Of a DNA stretch of 64,000 nt, positions 49,753-58,589 are shown one piece after another. Numbering within the stretch: the first letter of the stretch is position 1; every line of letters begins with the position of its first letter. The DNA comes from Macrostomum hystrix. Its lineage: Eukaryota; Animalia; Platyhelminthes. The translations under genes were made by a program, and so were the position numbers. The stretch is from contig CATNEN010000008.1 of the NCBI GenBank assembly GCA_950097015.1, positions 806,001-870,000 of the forward strand, read 5' to 3'. The notes below the pieces were generated by a model that saw only the letters and a program-made list of their open reading frames with translations, made no database searches and was not told the DNA's origin.

Positions 49753-51448
49753 CAGCCTTTGGTGGTGACTGATTGGTTGACAGACTAACAGGAGACCCTG
49801 ACAGGTTGCGAGGGTCTCCCGTGGTTGAGCTGCGACTTAAATTTAGGCTTAATCAGTGAAACTGGAGAAATTTCGCGTCAGGGTGTCCATAGTGGCCTAG
49901 TTCTACCTGTTGTAGTCCTTAAGGTCCAGCAGTCCGTCTAGATAAAGGTAGGTGACCACCGAAGATGGAGATGAGGCAGGCACATTCGGCTGACACACAG
50001 ATAAATTTTAAAGGCCTGGAAAGGCCGCACTGTGACGTCTTGGGTGTATGAAAATGAGTGTATATGGGTGTATGAAATACACTAGCGCTTATGGGAAAAT
50101 ATGACCTATGACTAGAATCCAGAGTCGCTCATTAAATATTTCGACGAACTGAAGAGCTGGCGACTTGAGTCTTGTTTCAGAAGATGCGCAACAAAAAGTT
50201 GGCTCATGTTCTTGAGTTTCTTGTGCTTGCGTTGCTCCGTTCGGGTGCAGCAAAAAATAGTAGAATCTTGAAATATCCCCTTGGTAGTTCTAGTGTCAAG
50301 TTTCTATCGTGATTAGATTATACTTTTGTATAGATTTGTCTCTAGGATTCGATCTCGCGCATGTTCTCATACATTTCTTACTTTACAGACGCTCCCAAGG
50401 CCAGGCAAGCACAGCGGCGGTGTCAGTCGAGCCAGTCGTCAGCGGCATCAACTGGCCTCAGCCATGCTGGCGTTGTCAAGAATCCGCCGCCATGCGATCC
50501 TAAACGGACTCAGAAAGCTGCGCGGAGAAGAAGAAACACAGAAGGCAAAGGCAAAAATAAGAAAAAGAAGCGATCGGCTTCTTACTAAGCGTCGAAAAGC
50601 CTCGAAGGATCGGATTTCATTAATGCGCTGTAGCTTGTATTAAACAACAATAAAATATAGCACCGTTATTTATTGAACGGGAATTTTGTATTGAACGAGA
50701 ACGCTTATCGGATGTTAATTGGTAATGAAATATTTTTAGTTTGTGAATCTATTAAATTTTAAAGCCCATTGTTCGTCAAACTGGTACTTTATTTTAGTCA
50801 ATTGTTTCACCTGAAGGACAATTGTTTCTTGGAATTAGGGTTCCTGGAATCGTTCTCACTTCAATATGGAATTTCTTAAAAGCCAAGACCCACGTTTCCA
50901 AAACGCCAAAGCTTGCCTAGTTTCCATACAATAGAAAATCTCTAACAACTTTTTCCATCAGAAATAGGAACCATGGTTTCAGAAGTAAGCTGCCAGATTT
51001 TATGAAATCAAGTTAATTTGCTGGTTCAAAAACAATTCTAGTTGCTTGTTTTCAACAGGTATTGGCGATTTTAACAGAGTTATTCTCATGCTTGGTCCTC
51101 TGATGAAGTCTGGTGATTGACTTTTTATAATCGATTTTTTGCTTATGTAACAAAATGATAAATACACTTGAGGACTGGTTTTCGAAAGATTATTTAGCAA
51201 ATGTGTGTAATTATTCAGTTCTCTTTTTTGCTAGGGTCTACAATATGCGAGCTATAGTCTTCAGTAGCATCGCTAGGAGTATGATGAAAATGAGGTATGA
51301 TGACAATTTTGAGGGTCACTTTCTAGTTTGCAATGCTTTAAACTATGTATTTGAATTTTTCAGCTCTCAACCACCGATACGGGACGATTCTATTAGAGAT
51401 TCGACAAAAAAACTTTAAATAAAGTGGTATTTCTAATTACTCGAATAC

Positions 51449-53797
51449 ATGGGAATTAACCAGTCAAAAAATGGATTTAAAAAATCTGACTCGAAGCGGT
51501 CATCAGTGCATGCTCAAAGCTTTCCCAGGCAGGCATTTACAAGCAGACGGTTGAGCTCGGTTCTTACTCCCAGGCCGGAGTCGCAGATAATTGTGGCTCC
51601 AAGTTGTCCATCAGGCTGTAGTCTGGACTCTTTGCCAAGACTGCGCACGGTCACGACGCCGGACAAACTGCAAGATGCGATTGACAGATACCGGCGACAA
51701 TGGACTATGTTCAATGCTGATGCACTGGCAGACTCAGCTGCTGCTGAATCACCTCCTCAGCTTTTTGTCAAAGAGTCGTTGTGGAATTTAAACAGCAATC
51801 GCGAGACTTTATCTCTTCCTCATGCCGATCCTCACCGATGGAAGAGCATTAGCACGTCACTGATGGAACTGCAGTCAAAAAATGTGTCATCCGCTGAGAT
51901 TGAGCGAATTGTTCGATCACTGAACAACCGTGAATGCTTTGATAGGCTCGACGTGCTTCATCATTTGCTTAACCAAGTTTGGTCTTCCAGTGAGAGAGAA
52001 ATATTCTTTACTCGCACTCTTCCAAATATGGTATTATTGGCCCTGTCTTTGCCGTGCCTTCTACCGAAGAAGGTTCCCCTGTTGCGGCGCGGTCAACAAG
52101 GTATGGATCGTGAATTGAGTTTCACTCAGCAACAAATCGCCTGCCTGCTTACCCACTCGTTCTTCTGTACTTTTGAGCACCGAGGCGGCCAGTTTCCTAG
52201 CGTTAATTTTTCTGGGTAAGAATGAGCGTCGAAGTTTTTAATTACAAATTACTTGAGATTTCAAACTTACTATACTGTGTTTGCTAAATTTCTTCAGAAT
52301 TTTTGTCTCCGGCCGCAGTCACAGCCCTTGTTTCCGTCGCATTGAAAAGCTTAAGTGCATTCTGCACTATATGGATAGCGTCGTTACTAAAAGTATGATT
52401 ATTTTGCATTTAAAATTGTAGCTTGCTAGCATCTGTCCGCCTAGTATTCAGAATCTTTATCAGTAGAAAGACCATTGGGAATTTGAAATAACCTTTGGCT
52501 TATTCACGATAGCTCCCAAACCTAATGACCGAACCTGATTTTCATGGCGATTGGTTGAATATTTCTGGAGATACAGAAAAAATGTATTTTAAATACCCCC
52601 ATGATCCTTCTAGTGTTAAAGTTTCGGTCCTACACCTTAAAGTCCGTTAACGCGGCAGAGATAAGGCTTTGGGGTCTAGGTAATTAAAGGGACTAGCCTT
52701 CAGTATTCTTAATAATAATAAGCAAGAGTAACTCATGTATGCGTTCGTGTGCCCAGGGTATGGTCGGAGATTTAGAACACTAGAAGGTGTTTTCAATTAC
52801 TATTCTTTCTACCCTTTCAGTGCCAGTTGGAGTCGTAACTATCAGCCGCAGGTGCCTTAGAAACAGGATTAGCTGGTCCCAAAGAACAGAGCCAGTGTTG
52901 GAGCACTTGCACGTTTCAGCCAGTGGCTGCATCGAGGACACTGCGGGCGGATTCTTGGAGGTCGACTTTGCCAACAAATTCCTTGGCGGCGGCGCTCTCG
53001 ACCACGGCCTCGTTCAGGAAGAGATCAGGTTCATGATCTGTCCGGAGCTCATTGTGACTCGCTTGGTTGCAGAGTGCCTGGACGACAACGAGGCCCTCTT
53101 TGTTGAGGGATTTGAGAGATTTAGTAACTATAGAGGCTATGCGGATTCCTTTAAGTATGACGGACCCCACGAGGACCAAAGACCTGTTGGTCTGGACAGA
53201 CGTAGGCTGTCTCACTTGGTTGCCATGGACGCGGTTTGTTTTCGCAGCTGGTATGAGCAGTTTAGTGAGTATAACATAAATAGGGAGCTTAACAAAGCAC
53301 TGGTAGCATTTGGAGACGACATTGACTACGCTAACGAGCGTTCTCAACGTTCCGCGGTTGCTACAGGCAACTGGGGTTGCGGTGCCTTCAAGGGTGACGT
53401 AGAGCTGAAATTTCTCATTCAGCTGATGGCGAGCTCTGTTGCCGGTCGAAGCATGGCGTACTTCACGTTTGGCGATCAAGAACTTCAGCGGCGACTTGTT
53501 AGGATGCATCAATTTCTGAGGACAAAAGACGTTCGTGTTCGCGAGATTTACAAAATTCTAATAGCCTTTGTCGATTCTCTGAAGAAATTAGATTGGACCA
53601 GTCAGAGGACGCCAGTGTTATTCGAGTTCGTTTATCAGCATGTACATAGTCAACGTGAAATTTTAGCCCATACCGGAGCTTCGCAGCGTCACGAATTTCG
53701 GCCTAGCGCCAATTATCAGAGCCGAACAAAACATAACAAATCATCAGCGCTGCCTCCAGGGTCTACTGAAGGTAAAGGGGCCCATTCGATTCGCTGA
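51449..53797 (+). CDS. PARG: Poly(ADP-ribose) glycohydrolase paralog 2
   Basis: Exons 51449-52215, 52298-52392, 52821-53797. Motifs: VDFANKFLGGGALDHGLVQEEIRFMICPEL, YRGYA, RELNKA, ATGNWGCGAFKGD. Intron positions and phases match paralog 1. Confidence 0.93.
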
Positions 53798-53954
53798 TGG
53801 ATTGGGTAGCTGTCTGCTAATAAGCGATAAGATTTTCAACTGATTGTTGAATATCATGAGTAACTATAATGAAGTGTATAGTATTATATTTTTCAGCGGA
53901 CTAACGCTTAATAATTATTTATGATCTATTCTTCTAACCATAGGAGGATAACTG

Positions 53955-54165
53955 AAGGGGGTTGTAGCCTTGTAGCTCACGACTTAAAGGTCGGTGGTTC
54001 GATTCTTGACTCCACTGTTTCCTTTAGCAAGACACAACACTGCATAGCTTCAGTTCACTCAGCCGTTACCAGAATTTGCTGGGGTAATTGATGTGGGGTG
54101 TGGCGTCACCCCAGTCCATAGACTATCAGCTGTACCGTACGCAGCCTTCAGGTGCGCCGCGCAAT
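53955..54165 (+). mobile_element. SINE family B copy, directly followed by a family C copy
   Basis: GGGGTTGTAGCC...GACTTAAAGGTCGGTGGTTCGATTC...CCTTTAGCAAGACAC...GCTGGGGTAATTG...CAGTCCATAGACT. Confidence 0.72.
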
Positions 54166-54540
54166 AGGGGGTAAGTGGGTCAGCGGCTAATGTCGCTGCC
54201 TCACTTTCCAATGGTCGCTGGTTCGTTCCTTCCTCCAAGTCACGATTATTTCGGGGCTTAGTTGGATGTTTGCGAAGTAGTGACTTGCGGAGATGCACCT
54301 TATTATGTGCAACCAAAGCTAATTTAAAATGGCTTAACCTCTGCCTTCTGCATGCCTGCTTGTTTGTGTTTGTGCGTTGGGCCGGGTGTGAGGCGTTGTA
54401 TGGGGGTGGGGCGGGTGTGCACCAATGTGTACTCTCGTCCCTGCCCTTCAGGCATCTAAGTCCTCCCCTGGTTTGGTCTGCTCTGTGCGTGTGCGGGCCT
54501 GGGGTGAGAGGCACTCCGGATGCCGCCCCCATTGGTGCAG
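54166..54540 (+). mobile_element. SINE family C, second copy
   Basis: GGGGTAAGTGGGTCAGCGGCTAATGTCGCTGCCTCAC...CAAGTCACGATTATTTCGGG and GTTTGGTCTGCTCTGTGC match 7858-8442. Confidence 0.72.
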
Positions 54541-54709
54541 GTGTAATCAATCATTGGTTTCAGCATTATCTGGGATAAGTCTTTATTCTTTCCTTCTTTG
54601 TTTTAAACAAAAATACTGCCTGTTTTTGGACCAATAAAACATTTTTCTGATCAGAAACTTCATATGCCGTTATGTGATCTTTTTTTGCTGAAATTTGAAT
54701 ATGTATTTT

Positions 54710-54925
54710 AGAGCTTCGGACTCACGACTTGAAGGTCGGGGGTTCGATTTCATATTTTAGTAGAACAGTTTGTGTCCTTCACAAAGAAAGACACTTCAAT
54801 CTGAATTAATTCAGTTCACCCAGCTGTTAAAATGGGTACAGCATTAGCTGGGGTAATTAAGGGTGGGTGGGGCGTGACGGCGTCCTCCCAGTCCATGGAC
54901 TGAACAGCCGTACGCAGCAATAGTT
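54710..54925 (+). mobile_element. SINE family B copy
   Basis: GGACTCACGACTTGAAGGTCGGGGGTTCGATT...TGTGTCCTT...AAGACACTT...CAGTTCACCCAGCTGTTAAAATGGGTAC...CAGTCCATGGACTGAACAGCCGTACGCAGC. Confidence 0.78.
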
Positions 54926-55585
54926 GTGCTAGGTGCAACAATCAATCATTTGATGTGTAAAACAAAAATAAATATTCACTTTATAAAATTAAACTTTAGC
55001 TAGGACTAAAAAGTTTAGAAAACTGTTTATTTATAGAAATAGAACAAATTTCAATGTGTCATCGATCCTGTTCCAGTATTCGCTTTTTTGTATTCAAGTT
55101 TGATAATTAATATTCTGAATTCGTATTTAGGCTTAGCATTAGCCATGATCCGACCTGTTTCCTTATTATATTTTATATATTTGTTTTTTAGGTCTTACTG
55201 TTTTTCTTTTATACAAGTTTCAGTGAAAATAAATATGGCATTATTTTTTTACTCTTTTTCTCAAAAGACAATGAGCGTTTTTTTGATGTTTTTTATAGTG
55301 AAATTACTTAGTTACTCGTATATTTACAATCTAGTATAGACGTCAAGCCGTTAAAAAATCGATCAAAATGCGTGAAGATTTCCCGTGAAAAGTCTACAAT
55401 AAGATGTAATCCAAACAGATTCCCATTAAAATTTCTAATTTTTGACAGATCATGAACTTCGTAAATGAAGATTTCGAAGAATTTTAAACAAATAGAAATG
55501 ACTATAAAATGAATCGAAAAAAAGAACTTTTAACTGGACCTCGAGACTTGACAGCGACTTGTTGCTGTCTTCTGTGTCATCTCTA

Positions 55586-55831
55586 AGGGGGTCGGTGGCA
55601 GAGCGGTTACCGCGTTTGCCTCTCGCGCCACGGTCCCTAATTTTTGAGAAAGTCAGGGCAGATGTACACACCTGTGTGAGCGTATGCCTGCGTACGGTAT
55701 CTGTGTGCGTGTGTGCTCAGGAGTCAGCGAAATGGGCAGAATTGTCTCCTCGCTGGCTGCGGGTCTAGTGTCACTGAATGATGTGCCATTGCCCGCAGCC
55801 CTCCTGCAATTAATATTTTTATTATTATTAT
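55586..55831 (+). mobile_element. SINE family A, internally deleted, with 13-bp TSD
   Basis: TGTGTCATCTCTA at 55573-55585 and 55832-55844, with an (ATT)n tail. Confidence 0.85.
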
Positions 55832-56061
55832 TGTGTCATCTCTATAATATTACCTTGTTTTTTCTCAGGTGTAAGATTTTGAGCTTCACCTTTCTCTAAT
55901 ATACGAGCGTATTAATAATATCTAAGTAGACTAAATACTTTAGAATTCAAATTTTAAAGCGAATTTTTCACTGTCTAAATCTGTTCTGCACTTTTAGGAA
56001 ATTATATTTTCATCGGAGACTAAATCTTGCAAATGAATTATCGTCCAGCAAGAAGAAAAAA

Positions 56062-56385
56062 ATTGTTGCAGCAGGGCTGTGGGCAATGGCACATAATTTC
56101 GTGACACTAGACCCGCAGCCAGCGAGGAGACAATTCTGCCCATTTCGCTGACTCCTGAGCACACACGCACACACAGGTGTGTACATCTGCTCTGACTTTC
56201 TCATCGTCAGGCAGTGTACACTTTACTGTGCCTTAAAGGTTGGCCCTCAAGGGCGTAAATTGCACGACAAGCCCATTGCTTTCTCTCCGCGGCTGCGCCC
56301 CAAACGAATGTGGCCTCGCCGTGGAATCGAGCTCACGGACCTTGGTGCGAGAGGCAAACGCGTTAACCGCTCTGCCACCGACCCC
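56062..56385 (-). mobile_element. SINE family A, near full length
   Basis: The reverse complement begins GGGGTCGGTGGCAGAGCGGTTAACGCGTTTGCCTCTCGCACCAAGGTCCGTGAGCTCGATTCC. Confidence 0.85.
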
Positions 56386-56658
56386 ATCATTACCGTCCCG
56401 CAAGCTAGTTTTGTGATTTCCGAATCAGAAGTTTATAATTAAAAAGTTCATTTCTCTGCGAAAGACCCGATACATCATAGATGCACTCACAATGTATAGA
56501 GTTCGAGTATAGCTTTGTAGCTTCCGAGTAGAGTCCGGAAATAGGAGAATTTAGAGGGAAGTGTCTCTCAAAATTATATTTTCAAAACCCCATTCCGGTT
56601 CTTTAAGGTTTGTCTGTATTCTTTAATTTCAGACGCTGCATTGCGCCGACCCGAAGGC

Positions 56659-58272
56659 ATGACTGAGAAGGGTCTCCTCGACTATCCTTATTCACTGGCA
56701 TTTGGCATCATAGTTGGCTACGCCTTGGCTCTGATCGTTGCCGCGGTTATTGCCGCTGTGCGACGCAAAAACTGCTGCCCAATTGTTAGCGTCGATGGCA
56801 ACTGCGGCCGGAGTGGCCACGGCGCCACCAGAAACCGTGTGCCGCTGATGCAGCTGGAACAAGGCGCCTGTGCTGGTGTGGTCCATGAAGGCGAACTGGT
56901 CCGCTTGACCGCTGAGACTCACGAAGATTCGTCGACGTCTTCAGAGCCGTCTGAGTCGACTGCATTGCCAATCTTGTCACATCCGCCTGTCACGTCGAAT
57001 CGTCACAAGTCACTGGTTGTTCAAGAATCATCGGTCACATCAGAGCCCACGATTCCTGCAAAGTCGATTCCTGAAGAGCCGTCGACTCTCAAAGAGTTCT
57101 TTCCAGAAAATGCTTCGATTCCACCAGAGTCGATTTTACTAGCGGTGGCTCCCGCACCAGCAGTTGACACTGTTCTTGTCGAATCAACGAATGCGTCAAA
57201 GTCTGATCGAGATCAAGATCTTCCAGTTGACGATGCAACGGCCAGCCAGTCTATTCATAGTCAAGACGAAGCTGAGACAGATGACGAAGTGGGTAGACTG
57301 AGGCGCCTCACAGAGCAGTTGGACGCCATGCTAGACGAGTTCAGCGCTGAGGAGGTGCCGTTGGGTGACGCAGTAGCCGCAGTCGAAGCTGTCGACAGAG
57401 ATCCGGAGTCTTCAGGTGACGCAGTAGCCGCTGTCAAAGCTGTCGACAGAGATCCGGAGTCTTCAGGTGACGCAGTAGCCGCAGTCGAAGCTGTCGACAG
57501 AGATCCGGAGTCTTCAGGTGACGCAGTAGCCGCTGTCAAAGCTGTCAACAGAGATCCGGAGTCTTCAGGTGACGCAGTAGCCGCTGTCAAAGCTGTCAAC
57601 AGAGATCCGGAGTCTTCAGGTGACGCAGTAGCCGCAGTCGAAGCTGTCAACAGAGATCCGGAGTCTTCAGGTGACGCAGTAGCCGCTGTCGAAGCTGTCG
57701 ATAGAGATCCGGAGTCTTCAGGTGACGCAGTAGCCGCTGTCGAAGCTGTCGACAGAGATCCGGAGTCTTCAGGTGACGCAGTAGCTGCTGTCAAAGCTGT
57801 TGACAGAGATCCGGAGTCTTCAGGTGACGCAGTAGCCGCTGTCGAAGCTGTCAACAGAGATCCGGAGTCTTCAGGTGACGCAGTAGCCGCTGTCGAAGCT
57901 GTCGATAGAGATCCGGAGTCTTCAGGTGACGCAGTAGCCGCTGTCGAAGCTGTCGACAGAGATCCGGAGTCTTCAGGTGACGCAGTAGCTGCTGTCAAAG
58001 CTGTTGACAGAGATCCGGAGTCTTCAGGTGACGCAGTAGCCGCAGTCGAAGCTGTCAACAGAGATCCGGAGTCTTCAGGTGACGCAGTAGCCGCTGTCGA
58101 AGCTGTCTATAGAGATCCGGAGTCTTCAGGTGACGCAGTAGCCGCAGTCGAAGCTGTCGACAGAGATCCGGAGGCTCTGCTGGCAGCCCTGGCTCATGAA
58201 ATCGTGTCTCGAGCGGTGAAGCAAGCTTTGGAATTTCGCCACGCTATGGCAGCCGAGCCTAGCTTAGATTAA
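56659..58272 (+). CDS. Single-pass membrane protein with acidic tail, 16 x 17-aa repeats and a C-terminal AKAP-like amphipathic helix
   Basis: Long stop-free frame (56641-58272) with one TM segment (LAFGIIVGYALALIVAAVIAAV) followed by RRK and the GDAVAAVEAVDRDPESS repeat. ATG at 56659; an AG acceptor at 56631-56632 may indicate an upstream exon. Confidence 0.75.
   Translation: MTEKGLLDYPYSLAFGIIVGYALALIVAAVIAAVRRKNCCPIVSVDGNCGRSGHGATRNRVPLMQLEQGACAGVVHEGELVRLTAETHEDSSTSSEPSESTALPILSHPPVTSNRHKSLVVQESSVTSEPTIPAKSIPEEPSTLKEFFPENASIPPESILLAVAPAPAVDTVLVESTNASKSDRDQDLPVDDATASQSIHSQDEAETDDEVGRLRRLTEQLDAMLDEFSAEEVPLGDAVAAVEAVDRDPESSGDAVAAVKAVDRDPESSGDAVAAVEAVDRDPESSGDAVAAVKAVNRDPESSGDAVAAVKAVNRDPESSGDAVAAVEAVNRDPESSGDAVAAVEAVDRDPESSGDAVAAVEAVDRDPESSGDAVAAVKAVDRDPESSGDAVAAVEAVNRDPESSGDAVAAVEAVDRDPESSGDAVAAVEAVDRDPESSGDAVAAVKAVDRDPESSGDAVAAVEAVNRDPESSGDAVAAVEAVYRDPESSGDAVAAVEAVDRDPEALLAALAHEIVSRAVKQALEFRHAMAAEPSLD
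57364..58175 (+). repeat. 51-bp coding tandem repeat, 16 copies
   Basis: Counted in the ORF translation. Confidence 0.93.
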
Positions 58273-58369
58273 CCTCGATATCGGAGTGACTGAAGACTGG
58301 CTGTTTAGGCGAATATCGTGAAGATTAAGCTTCTTGGATTGCTAGTCTGGTTTAGAAGTTTTAGTGAGG

Positions 58370-58391
58370 TTAGGGTTAGGGTTAGGGTTAG
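58370..58391 (+). repeat. Short interstitial telomeric repeat (TTAGGG)3TTAG
   Basis: Read directly: TTAGGGTTAGGGTTAGGGTTAG. Confidence 0.8.
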
Positions 58392-58589
58392 TAGGTTTGA
58401 TTTAGTATGATTTAGTAGGTTTTGTCGGATCAGGATTTGTTGTCCAATCCACAAGAGACTATGCCTTCAGCAGAATTTAGTGGTGCTATTTACAATTTTA
58501 CTAGAAATTATGAAATTATTCGTTTTTCGTTTGACTTATTTAAAAATGTGAACCAAAAATATTTACTCTATTCCATAGCGCGAAATTTT

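Noticed and set aside
50326-50643. Independent 105-aa basic protein
   Set aside because: Its start lies in AT-rich, intron-like sequence. The segment is better explained as a terminal PARG1 exon read in another frame.
56620-56660. Spliced-leader trans-splice acceptor upstream of several start codons
   Set aside because: An AG acceptor without a visible upstream exon cannot be distinguished from cis-splicing to a non-coding exon using genomic sequence alone.
57261-58058. 265-aa minus-strand ORF (TAATASPEDSGSLS)
   Set aside because: It is the antisense shadow of the 51-bp coding repeat.
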